From the NCBI GenBank assembly GCA_012026655.1, contig JAAILG010000894.1, positions 1 to 64,000 on the forward strand: a stretch of 64,000 nt of DNA. The letters are read 5' to 3'. A program made the position numbers and the translations under genes. A model generated the notes under the pieces. That model worked only from the letters and a program-made list of their open reading frames with translations. It did no database searches and had not been told where the DNA came from. Each line of letters begins with the position of its first letter. Position 1 is the stretch's first letter. This document shows positions 51,884 to 64,000 of this stretch, piece after piece. The stretch is from Hydrolagus affinis. Its lineage: Eukaryota.

Positions 51884-52286
51884 TAGCAGAGCACATTATT
51901 AACCAGCGGTACACTTGGATTTATTTTAAATATATTTATTAAGAAGCCCAGTTTATATGTTTAAAAAACTAATTTAATGTAAATTGAGATAATAATTCAA
52001 AGTGATTTATTGCAGCTTCTCATGATAATGAGAAATGTAAAGGGTCCCAAGGTGTGTATGCTGGTATTTGTAAAACTGATTGTGTTATAAATGGGAAGCA
52101 CTCAAACTTGGTGTCTAATGCATGATTATCACCAGATTATCGAAATGAGATTGGAATGTATTCGACATATGCATTCAACCTAAGTGTGGATATTTCCCAT
52201 TTGTCCATAATGAAGTGTGAAAAACATGGTATTAGCAAATCAAAAATTCCTTTCCAAAAATGTCTTGACGGTGTTTTTTTTTCTAG

Positions 52287-52391
<105 letters not shown>

Positions 52392-53145
52392 TGAGTATTG
52401 GAAAATAATTAGTTTTTTTTTATCACAAGTAATCGGTGTTTCCTGAACAGCAACAACAAAATTACATTTGTATAGTGCCTTTGACATCAGGTATAGTCGA
52501 AGAGGAGGTACTTGAACAAATGGAAGTTAATTTATCTCAAGTCTAGACTCCTGACGTGAAACACGCTATACAAGTGTAATTTTGTTGTTGTTGTTGATTT
52601 CAATTTGACCCCTGATAGAAATTCTTTCTCTTTTTTTCCCCATTGGTGGAGACAACAAATAGGTTCCCTGAGTTGTTGTTAACCAATAAATGGGTTAACA
52701 AGTAAATAACTTTCCCCCCCCGCACCCCCAAAAAAAATAGATTGCCGATGGAAGTTCAGAAAGTAACCTCCTTTCCCATCCTCCTTTCATTCTGCTCCAC
52801 AAGGACCAATAGTTGTCCCTGCCTTTTGCATATTATTTAAATCCAAGCATTTGGATGGAAATAGTGTCCTTCCACAAAATGCTCAAACATGTCTACCATG
52901 AATTAAAAGGAGTGACCAGCAACTATTCGAGCAATTGAGTTTTGTTTGGAAATTTCTTAGTGAAAAATTACATTGAAACAGCACAAATCAATTGGCATGA
53001 GCACAGTTGTAAAAATATTTGTTGGAGCTCATGGACCTTGTAGCAAACAGTTAATTAAGTATAGTCTGTCTGAGGAGGGCGCCATGTGTGAAAGGTTCAA
53101 ATTTTGAAACTGAAAATCTCAGTCACTTTATTTTTCTTCTTACAG

Positions 53146-53198
53146 ATGAAAATAAACCCATTTGGATGCATGCTGAAGAAAGGGAGGAGCAGTGCAAG
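53146..53198 (+). CDS. KLC1: KLC1 exon 10
   Basis: tacag|AT...AAG|gtactt, 53 nt; ENKPIWMHAEEREEQCK. Confidence 0.95.
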
Positions 53199-53549
53199 GT
53201 ACTTTCATGACCTATGCCAATGGTGCATTTGGGCAGAGTTCAAGAAGTTTCTTGGGTTTGGATAGTCTTGCTAAACTCTATTTCAGTTTGTGGAAACAGG
53301 TAGGCTCAGTTCCACATGTCCCCTGGTGACATGGCTAAAATTAAGAAGTAACAAAATGGGGAACAGGCCACTCCAAGGCAGTGTTATCAAGAGTTTGTTT
53401 TTTTAAAACACTAGTTGATCATAATAGACTGAATTTCTGAGTCTTAATTTATATTACATATAGTTGCAACAATGTCGATTTTTAAAAAACGTTTTTAATT
53501 CAAATGGCTTCAAACTCAGAAATACTTTCTCATTCGTTTGCCTTTTTAG

Positions 53550-53617
53550 GGCAAACCAAAAGATGGGACCACATTTGGCGAGTATGGAGGCTGGTACAAG
53601 GCATGCAAAGTTGATAG
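53550..53617 (+). CDS. KLC1: KLC1 exon 11
   Basis: tttag|GGC...GAT AG|gtgagt, 68 nt; GKPKDGTTFGEYGGWYKACKVD. Confidence 0.96.
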
Positions 53618-54304
53618 GTGAGTTTCCACATACTTTTTTTATATAGAGATGTGTTGAATACTTTGCTTAGCATTGACCTCTCATATGCAGCATTCATATA
53701 AATTGTCAAATTAATTAGTTTTCCTTTCACATCCTTCCTTTCCTTTAACATCACCCAAATATTCTTTTCTCTGTTTTCACCCTTGGTGACCTCCTGCACT
53801 ATGGGCTTCAGCCCTTCGTCGAGGATCTCAGTAAATCCAGATTTTCAAATATACCAAAGGCAGCTGAAGAAGAGGTCAGAAATTCAGGGTTGTGAAGGGC
53901 AAGTTTAAGAGCAGGAAATATTTGTTTACACAGGTAGTAATGGAACGAATGGGTTGTAAGGTGGTATAGGTAATCTGATAAGACTGGACGAATTAGGTCA
54001 AATAGCCCAAAGGAGCTTTGGAATCCGAACCACTCTTGTGACAATGTGTTTATGCAGAACATCCTGAGGTGCAATGATTCAATTGATTTCTTTCTATTCT
54101 TGTTGTCAGCAGGTCTTGGTTAGGTAGTGTACAAACTGACGGTGAATAAAGAAATGATCTCTTGTCACCTATCTAGTTTACAGATATATATTGGAACATT
54201 CAGGCATTGGAGTTTATGTCTGGATTCCTGTCTCGATAGAGGCCGGAATGCATTTAATTACATTTTTTAATTCTCTTCTGTCTTAACATCAGTTTATACA
54301 TATA

Positions 54305-54994
54305 CAGTAGAAGCCCGTTTATCCGTGACCCGATCAACCGTACTTCTGTATAACCTGCACCGCAAAAAAAAGGTCTGCATTTGATAAACCGGAATTTATC
54401 CAGAAAAATGCATTTTTTTTGGTGTTTTGTGTTGCGTCAGTATTTTGGAATGCTGCTACTAGGTGCCTAATGTTGGCGCTAGCTCAGAATGGTGCTGGTA
54501 CTCTAAAGCAATGCACTCTCCGGAGTGTACTCTTTGAGAGGCAGAGTGGGGTGAGTTGATTAATTTAGATTTAATTTAGCCACAAAACAGCAAAACACAC
54601 ACCCACCCTGAGCAAAGTTTGCAGATCAATTCATTGGCTTTTATTTTAATAAAAAAGACTCATCCCTGCAATGCTTGTTTTACAGAGTGCAGTGTTTCAA
54701 CTTAGTGCACACACACACAGGCATCGCAAGGCTTTTTGGAAAGAAAGTTAACTGAACTGAGCAGCCGCCGCTCACTCTCTGCTTTCTCAATAACACGAGC
54801 TTTCCTCTCTTCTGCCCCCGATGAGAACAGTGTCATTCAGGCGTGTAACTTTTGCACTAGTTTAAAGATCTCTGAACTGCCTGATCGCTGTGTGTAAAAT
54901 GATTATAGTTATTATTTATATATTATATAAATGATTATTTAATGTATTATTAATTTGCTATGTTTTTTAAAAAAATTTAAACGAGCTTCTACTG
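54305..54994. mobile_element. Non-autonomous Tc1/mariner (Tigger/pogo-like) DNA transposon, about 690 bp
   Basis: TA|CAGTAGAAGCCCGTTTA ... TAAACGAGCTTCTACTG|TA: 17-bp TIRs with 1 mismatch and a TA target duplication on both sides; no ORF. Confidence 0.88.
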
Positions 54995-55398
54995 TAATAT
55001 CATTTTGCCAAAGTCACAGCTAAACAAGCATTGCTCATAGTTGGCAAAAGAAGAACAAATCCATCTAGTTTATTGTTAAACAGCTATTCACATTGCTTGT
55101 AACTATGGGGACATTTTTGACGCTGTAAACACAACTGGTCTTTATATGCATTTTGAAGCTTGAGCACCTGATTGTAGGTGAGCACCAAAATCCAGTTGGC
55201 TCAGAGCTAATCTGGTTGTACCATTATGGTAAAATAAGAGCAGCCGACATTGAATAGAAAGTTCCTGATACATTGGAAATCAATTTTCTGTTGAGTTGCA
55301 CCCGTCAAATAGATGTTCATTCGTGAAATGTAATTCATTGATGGAAACGTGTATCAAATACTGGAATGAGGGACCACAAAAGTGAAAATTGTTTTTAA

Positions 55399-55542
<144 letters not shown>

Positions 55543-55933
55543 TGAACTAAGCATGTAGACTGTTCCATTTTGTTAATTTGTTGACTGTTCACATGCAGAT
55601 GTAAAACAAAGATTGTAGAAGTCATAGTGTATGGCACAAAGAGAAATTCAGAACATTTTGGGGCTGGTCTAAACATTTTCATTAACAGGATGAAGTATTA
55701 ATATTGTGAAACTTAGACCATTATTGATCTTAGCTTTAATGATTAGTGCAAATTCCATTTTACATCTGGTTGCTTTTTTTTAGCGTAATCCTTTCATAAA
55801 TGAATTGCATTGTAGTTCTACAATTTCTGTTGCTCTTAAATTTATATCCATATGTTTAGAAAGATATTTGACTGCAGTACTTGTTTGAAGTGTGAAAGAA
55901 ATTCAAGTAAACTCAATGTCTTTGCTGCCACAG

Positions 55934-56095
55934 GGTCTTGACAATATTCACAAACAGAGAGTGGCCGAAGTACTTAATGATCCTGAGAGCATTGAGAAAA
56001 GAAGAAGTCGTGAGAGTCTAAATGTAGATGTGGTAAAATTTGAGAGTGGTCCTGATGGTGGTGAGGAAGTGAGTATGGGCGTAGAGTGGAATGGG
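55934..56095 (+). CDS. KLC1: KLC1 exon 13, with alternative donors after 56068 and 56095
   Basis: cacag|GGT; GLDNIHKQRVAEVL...GGEE|gtgagt or extended by VSMGVEWNG|gtaagt. Confidence 0.96.
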
Positions 56096-59000
56096 GTAAG
56101 TACAGTACACAGTCCACATGTCTAGCTGCAAATCAGCTGTATCTAGTACAGCAGAGAAAGGAAAAGAAACCTGTCTCTCATAAACCAGTTTCAATTTTTA
56201 GTGGTAAGATATGTTGAAATTGTAATGTTTAATATTCTATAAACCACGTAGCAATTGAATAAAGAAGCATTTAAATCTGCTGGAGAAGCTATATCTTAAT
56301 GGACAGTGACATTCTATGAACAGGAAGGACACTTTAAGGGCAACTTTTGAGGGGAATTGATATTAATGTGTTATTAGTGGGATGTGCCAAAAAGGATTTG
56401 AAAACAATGTCTTATGGATTGTGGTCAAAATTCTATATAATTCCTCAGTCCCGGATGGAATTTCTTATATGGCTAGCCATGATGACACACTTGACATTTG
56501 CTGTTTGCAAATTCTTTTTGCAAAACTTACAAAATAGGCTCCCATTGTTAGGGTTGTTTTCATGCCTCTGAGCTGAGATACTGAGATTTCTGATTGGAAG
56601 AATAATAAAAAAAATTGTTGAAATTGGGATTTTAAAAATGAGCTTTTGCATAATTTTATGTGTAGATAGAATTTGTTGTAAATTGGCCACATGCATTACT
56701 TTAAATCTATAATGTTAGATAAGGTGAAATGGCAGATTATGTTACGATGACCGTATGTATATTTAAAATGTTTCAAACTAGCTATGAGCAAATACAACTG
56801 GCTTCTTGAATGCATCTTGGTATGCCGACTGCATTAACCCCTCCACGCTACTGTTTGCACATTCTGGCTCTTGCATTCCATTACTGTTTAACATTTAACA
56901 TAAAAAGCTACACCATTTTTAGAATTTGGGGTTTTAGTTAAAAAATTAGCTGTAAGAAGAGAACAAACCTAACCTTTTTATTGTTGAGCATTCAAAATAT
57001 ATTAAGTTTCATTACCATGAATAATGGAACAATTTTGTTTTTTTAAACCTTTTTTTGCAATAATTCTGCGAAAGATCATTTTCTTGTAGTAAATAAGTAA
57101 AACCATTTTGAATTGAGGCCTTAATATGATTACCACAATTGTATAATTTCTGTGCACTAGGGAAAATCTGAATCTGCTTTACTTCCTGCACCTTCGAGCA
57201 GTTTGTTGTGCTGATTGTAACATTCAATTCCCTTGCCTTCTTATTGAATTTTAATTCTGTCTTGATTATATACATATTTATGATGTCGTGAAAATCTTCC
57301 TTGAATAGGATTGCTTATTTACAGGAATACAAAATTCAATTACAAAACCTTGAGAAATGATTGTTCACAATGAATTTTTTTAATGAATAGTTTGAAATAC
57401 AAGAATGAACAAGTCCATAAAATTAGTACAGTATTTCATTCAGATTAGGAACTTGAAATATAAATTATTTATCACACAACATGATATACAACCCTTTACT
57501 TTTTGGTTAGGAGGGGATATCCCAAACAGATTTGGGAAAGATCTATGCGCTTGAATTTCTTCATATTATACAGAAATGGAAGCAATGGGTAATTTCATGG
57601 CAACTGTTACAATGTCGACCACTCTCTTTTGCTTCTGCTTTAATTCTCTTTTGTCTTTAATCCTTGTGATCAGAAAGATGATGCTGTTTCTTAGAAACCA
57701 CTGTCTTGCTGCTATGAGAACCACTCAACGTGTTTTTGACTACCCAATTTCATCTCCTTTTGAATACCCTTACCCTGAGGAAATACCAAGTCTAGCGTTC
57801 GATTTGCCTGTTATAAATTGTGTAGTCTGTGTTGGAACTGTGTACTGTACACCTCTATATTCCTGCTGTGTTTGACATGCTTACCTTTATTCCAGTATAT
57901 AATCACCCTTAATCTAGGTTTGTTCAGATAGATGTTTGTGCTTAGATCATATGTTATTACTAACACTATTTCTGGGTCTTCTCGTAATTGCTGACATGAA
58001 TGCCTTTTAAACTTGATTCATTTGTATCTAATACAACCATAAAATCAACTGTCTATTACTAACTACCTAAAGCAGTTTGGTTTGTAATGTTTACATTTGT
58101 CTCCAACATGCTAGATTCACTTCTGTCATTTGGCCATTGAAACCTTAAGTACAGTTTTGAAAGCTTAGCTGTAGCAATAAGCTTAGCAATAAGTGAACAA
58201 TTTTTATGCTTTGCCCATACATATATAAGATATGACTATCTAATTGGAGGCAGTGTTTTCCATTTGTGAAAACGTATTTCCGTCCATAATTTGTACCATC
58301 ATATCTTCTCTTGAAAGAGTTCATGGTTTATCATTAAGTTATTGTATATAAGACCAAGGGTTGTTGTTTTACGTTTGATTTTGCTAATTTTAGTAGCACT
58401 TTGCATTGAATGTTGAAATTAGAAATATGTAGAAATGTTAGTACAAAAGAAGGCCTTTCAGTCCATCAGTGATTCACACATGTCTGGACAAGGTTAAAAG
58501 CAATGTCAAAGTTAGATACTGCGGTTGAAAGTAGAATCGAAATAGGTGCGAATTCAGCTATTCCATGTCGGTTGACCTGACTTGGAAAGACGATACTACG
58601 CTTGCTGTCTTAATTTCACTGACCAGACAATATCCCAGTATCAAATTTGATTCCTATAAAACATTTAGTTGTAAAAGAACATTACTTTGGAATTAAAGTA
58701 CAGTATTTCCTTTTCCCTATGATAACTTAGTTATTTTGTAGGAATGATACATGAAGTTGCTGTCTTTTTTAAATTGAACACCAAAATAGTAGGATCTTGC
58801 GCTTGGCCACCTGCCCGGGTGGATTCTACAAATAGAACTGTGAATCAAAGTGTTCTCTACTGGGATAGATCCTTACAAGTCATTATTACGCTTTCTGCCT
58901 TCTCTACCATCATTCTTTTTTGCAGCTTATTTTCATTTATTCATTTTACACAGGGATTCTCCCCACTCCCTATCAGCATGTTTCAGTGGCTTGGGATGTC

Positions 59001-59161
59001 CTCGAAAGGTGCTATATAAATGCAATTTGTTGTTGTTATCTCATGTCTCTCCTCTCCCCCCCCTCCCCTGGGTGATAACTTGTCCTCTCAGACTCTACTT
59101 TGATGCCCGCACTGAATGCCCCCCTGGTTGACCTATGTCCACGTCATAGCTGCTAGCTGCT

Positions 59162-59532
59162 AATAATACTTGCATTTATACAATTTATTGCATTTGATAT
59201 GGCACTGTTTCACATCTTCGAGATGTCTCAAATTGCTTCACAGAATATACTGTAGAGAGAATTGATTGGGGGAAATGTGGCAGCCGATTGTACACAGCAG
59301 TGTCCAAAAAACAGTTGTGGATTAGGTGACCAATTTTTTTGAAAAAATAAAAATTTGAAGGGATTATTAGCCCCAGAAAAGCAATCTGCCAGTTGACTTA
59401 ACTGGGTTCCTATTTACTGCTGGGTGAACAGAGGTGTGTGAAATAAGGAAATGTTTTGCCCTACTGGGAATTGCGCTGCCCAGGTCCTCTCACTTGTGAG
59501 GCAAATGCTCTAACCACTAAGCTACAGGACTC
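59162..59532 (-). mobile_element. Full-length SINE, long variant
   Basis: Tail, core, extra segment at 59370-59435, head ...accactaagctacaggactc. Confidence 0.85.
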
Positions 59533-60539
59533 ACAAGACTAAATTGTACTTTTAAACTCTAATCATAATTTATTCTAAAGTAAAAGTATAAATCTAAATG
59601 AAATAATGATGAACCAACTAGACCAGTTTAATTGCCATGTATTGAACATGCTGTAATCCTTGTGTGTTTACAATTTATTCCTATGGCATGAAATAATATT
59701 TGGAGGGTTCTACACTCTTCACAATCAGTTCATTTTGTATTTTATTTCAACAATTAGAATTTTAGAGTTAACCATATTAGTCCATTTAAAACTGCTGCCT
59801 ATTTGCCTGCTGAAAATCCTCCCCATTGTTAAACCTGCATAAGGATCCGAATGTAAGTTTGTTTAATTATAATTTACTTTTAATTGTCCCAGCAACTCAT
59901 ATAGCATTTGTTGCTTTTGAATACACATGCTTACTTATGCTTTGAAGCTAACATTTTTAGTTTGACTTTTCCTCCAGCTGTAAACATATTTAGTTCTACT
60001 TTCCTTCTTATTTTTCCCCCTCCCTCTTCCCTCCTTCCTAACACCACTCTTATTAATTTTTTTCTTTATTTCTATGGTCACAAACAGATGAGGTGGGTTT
60101 GAGAGTGAATGATTTTAGGCACAATGGAACCTCTCATTGGTGCCTGAGGTGCTATCCTCTGATCATAGCACAAATGAGAACAGCACTGTGGTAAAGCTAT
60201 GTGGTGAAGCAAGGCAGAAAGGAACACTAAACTGATGGCGTCCATGTTGAAGGGAGGTAGTTTTTATTTTACCTTTTAGAAAAAAACGACTTACCCTAAG
60301 TTTGGAATCACCCACTTCTGTTTTCTCCTTTGACTAAAGTAACTATTAATCCACACGCCTAATTTCATCGCTTGAACCCACAGTCTATGGCATCAGCAGC
60401 AATATTTTATTTTACACACCAATAATTTTTCTGTGTCCTCACAGTAGTATTGTGCAGCTATTATGGCTCCTGTTGTTATGGGCTAATACTGGTTGTAACA
60501 TCCAAATGAATTTCACTCAAAATTGAGGGAAGGTTCTGA

Positions 60540-60694
60540 GAGGAAATTGACAGATTTCTTATGGATAAAGAGATATGGGGATAAGGCGGGCAGGTGGAGT
60601 TAGATTAGAAGATCAGCCATGACCTTATTGAATAGCAGGGCAGGCTCGAGGGGCCGAATGGCCTATTCCTGCTCCTTATTCTTATGTTCTTATG
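60540..60694 (+). mobile_element. CR1 LINE 3' end
   Basis: gatcagccatgaccttattgaatagcagggcaggctcgagggccgaatggcctattcctgctcct plus the terminal repeat ttcttatgttcttatg. Confidence 0.85.
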
Positions 60695-60781
60695 AAAGGG
60701 GTGAAACCATGAGAGCTGCTCCAGAGCTATAGCACAAAAGGAGACTTGAAATGGTTATTCTGCACAATCTTGAGATTTCAC

Positions 60782-60821
<40 letters not shown>
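60782..60821. repeat. Compound (TG)(TA)(CA) microsatellite, palindromic
   Basis: tgtgtgtgtatatatatatatatatatatatatacacaca. Confidence 0.95.
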
Positions 60822-60822
<1 letters not shown>

Positions 60823-62547
60823 GCATTATTTTCTATCAGAGAAGGAGCTATGAACAAAAAGCCCTCCCTCAGGATTTCCTTCAGCCGCAGTAGTTTGCGG
60901 CAATATATAAAACATTAAACTAGTTGCCAGGCAAATCCCATAAATTATGTTTAGCATTTCAAATGCTTTTATATTCCTGGCTGATGGACTAGTATCGGGA
61001 TGCGCCATATATACATGGCCTATATATGACCTAGAAATACTGTTCGTGTGATTACCATAAACAATTGAAACCGTTGGATTTTGCAACAGTTTTGACTTGT
61101 TTTTCTCTCTCCCTCCCACTTCTTGTCTGGCAGACGTAGATGCCTTTTGTGATTCTATTACTGTCTCTGGCATGAAGGGGCTTGCACCATCTTCAGGCTT
61201 TAACTTTTCTCTGCAGTGCTTAATGTGGCAGTACTGTATTTCTATTCGTAACTAAGCTATACTTCATTTCCTGAGCACTGTTTCAAGGCTATTATAATAT
61301 TGCAGAGTTATTTTTCATTGTACAACCTTAGCCTCGATATGGTTATCTGTGAATTAACACGATTGACTTATTGTGCTGGAAGAAATGCTACAAAACCTGT
61401 GAATTATGGGTCAGACTTGCTTTTCAACCTGCAAGTCTAATGCTCAGCTATTCAATATTACAACAAATGTTTGTTTACTGAGTCATGTGGCTTGAGTGAT
61501 TTGAGCCTAAAAGTGTCAGCATCTCTCCTATACAAGAACTTCATTGACCCTTAAAAGTTGTTTATCCTATGTAATGGCTAGTGGTTGTAATGATTGGTCT
61601 CAAGAAAATACTGATTGAAATCGCATGATGTAGTATACACCCAAAATTTGTAAGTGCTTAAATTCATGAAACCACTTGTGCTCAATCTTAAGAGTGTTTT
61701 AGCAAATGGTGTTGAAACTATGTTTTCCTTTTACTCTGAAGTTTAACTCGTGTCTAATCCTGGTGTATTCTTTTACTGATCTCTGCTTGTCTCTAGTATC
61801 CAGTGGTCTGTACAATTGTCTCTTTCCTAACTTTTAATAAACTAGCTCAATGTCTAACTGACCTGCCTTTTGTCTCTGTGGTCTGCTTTGCAGTGACTCC
61901 TTTTCTATGCATCCTGCAACTTAATGATGATACGAGTTCAATATATTTTTGTACAATGGTTTGCAAATTTGTTGCATTAAAAAAATTAAAGAAATTCTTG
62001 ATCCCCTAAAACGTTGAAATTATAAATTGAGCACAACACCATATGGGATAAAAACTATTAAAACACTAGATTTGTGATCTGGCCTCCCCAATTGAATAAT
62101 GTTTGGATCAAATTAAGTTCCAGGAGCTCATAGTAACATAGAAATTTACAGCTCCAGGTGCCATTGCATCTATGCCACTTCAACCTCTATTTTTGAGTCT
62201 TTTCTTAATCACACTTTCAACTCTTCCTTGTCTCTTAATATTTTTATTTCTCAAGTGCTTATCTAGTCTCTTAAATTGTTAATCAAGCCCTAATAGCCAC
62301 GTTTAGTAATTAACTTCACATACTTGAACCCTATCTGTGGAAAAAAATCCTTCTATCTCCTTTTAAAATCCCCTCAAACTTTGTATGCATCAATTCCAGT
62401 TAATCTTCCAAACAGATATGGTACTTACGAATTCAAACAAGAGAATATTTCTGAAGGGACTGATTTACCTGCTAATAAGAATGTTTGGCTTACTAGATAT
62501 AACATAGTAGTATTTTGCATTTTGCTAATCCTTCGTGTTTGCTTCAG

Positions 62548-62553
62548 GCATAA
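62548..62553 (+). CDS. KLC1: Candidate KLC1 alternative terminal exon encoding Ala-stop
   Basis: Branch point gctaat, acceptor tttgcttcag|GCA TAA, then an AU-rich UTR-like tract to AATAAA at 63365; I recall mammalian short KLC1 isoforms ending in ...A*. Confidence 0.6.
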   Translation, partial: A

Positions 62554-63823
62554 TTGAAATTTGTAGCTATCTTGCGTATTTCAAAGAATCCATCGTTTAC
62601 CCCAAAATGTAAGCTCTGGTAAATTATACCTTGGAGTTTATTTGGTATGTTTATTCAGTAAATAGTATGCTTTATACTTTATGCAAAGTGCAGATCCTTG
62701 GTGAACATCTCAAAGGCTTGTCTTATAAACTCCCACTAATAGCCAGCCAAACATGATTTACCAGCAAAAAGATACAGAATGGATCTATCGAAATACAGAA
62801 CTTTAAATTCACATTGCTATAATTGAACAGCAATAATAAAGGGCATAATTTATTGGCTATATTTAATGTTCTAAAACCTTAGTATTGGAAGAAACCTTGA
62901 AATCTAATCTTGTAACAGAATATATGCTTTAGTAATGCATGGTTTATTTCAAGCAAGTGTGTGACTCTAGTCAGGAGTAATTTACACATGTTTAAAAGTT
63001 TTTTTATATAATCTATTCAAATATTGTAAATAAGTAAACAGATACTGATTACTTCTTTCCTATTGAGTAAATATCATTAGCAGTAGAAGTTATTGGTGTT
63101 GGTTTCAGTTTACTTTGTTATTTCAACCAGAATTTAAGCGTGCATAACCGGTGGTGTGAATGTTTCACACATCCTGTTTTAATATAAATCAATTTAAAAT
63201 GCAATCGTAGCGTATTGCATGATAAACCAAATTTTGCAGAAAAATAGATGGCACGCTTTCAAGGTAATGCTTTTTCTTACTGTTACAAGGCATGCTCGTA
63301 CAGTTGTGTAATAGAAATATTAACAGTTTATATTCAATAAGTTACATAATCAGGTTGATGTATAAATAAAGGATGTTTCTGTCTGTCGGATTTGGGAAGG
63401 GGAAGATGCTTAAACAATGAGATCTGTTACAATTAATTACTGAATGGCTGGTCTCATCTTGTTGGGGGAACAGAAAATGTTAGGGAATATCAATATTACT
63501 GATCAGCTGTGTATACTGTGTTAAGTTATTACTGTTAAAACAGCTGGTTAGGCAGATGACTTTAAGTTAATATTATCACTTCTGTTAAAAATAAGAATCA
63601 TTTTGAGATGATAATGTAATTTTTATTATTTGCGAGTGAAAGTTTTTGTCATTATAGTTTTATATATTTCTTTACATCTTGTTACAGAATGGAAGTGATT
63701 GAATTCAAGTAAGAAGATTTGTGTTTTTAAAAAGAAATATTGATGATATAAGTTTCAATATATTTTTGTACAAAGATTGTACAGGGTTCTGCAATATGAT
63801 GTAGGCAGCCTTGGTAATTGTAA

Positions 63824-63973
<150 letters not shown>

Positions 63974-64000
63974 TAAATATCCATTTCCTCGTGGGAGTGC

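Noticed and set aside
57669-57698. IRKMMLFLRN resembling the mammalian KLC1 tail MRKMKLGLVN
   Set aside because: That frame is not produced by the AG at 57673, and from memory the mammalian tail resembles an exonised MIR; likely coincidence
60826-61173. 115-aa minus-strand ORF in a KLC1 intron
   Set aside because: No motif or supporting exons; compatible with chance

Overview
AT-rich vertebrate genomic DNA, not prokaryotic. The SINE/CR1/L2 content suggests a cartilaginous fish, probably a chimaera such as elephant shark (inference). The window holds the BAG5(-) / COA8(APOPT1)(+) / KLC1(+) syntenic block. BAG5 is a single coding exon of 448 aa. COA8 has five coding exons (219 aa) and sits head-to-head with BAG5. 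KLC1 has a non-coding first exon and 13 coding exons that I could assemble in frame, and it runs off the window end. Positions ~1-22 kb have no recognisable gene, only repeats. Most notable observations: (1) COA8 exon 4 would splice in frame to KLC1 exon 2, giving a presequence-bearing kinesin light chain fusion; (2) KLC1 needs one GC-AG intron; (3) several candidate micro or terminal exons lie in the KLC1 tail region; (4) a nested insertion may reveal the partner LINE of the dominant SINE; (5) perfect hairpins recur inside repeats. I found no evidence for a wholly new multi-gene system. All family assignments are by eye and from memory, without database searches; repeat boundaries are approximate.
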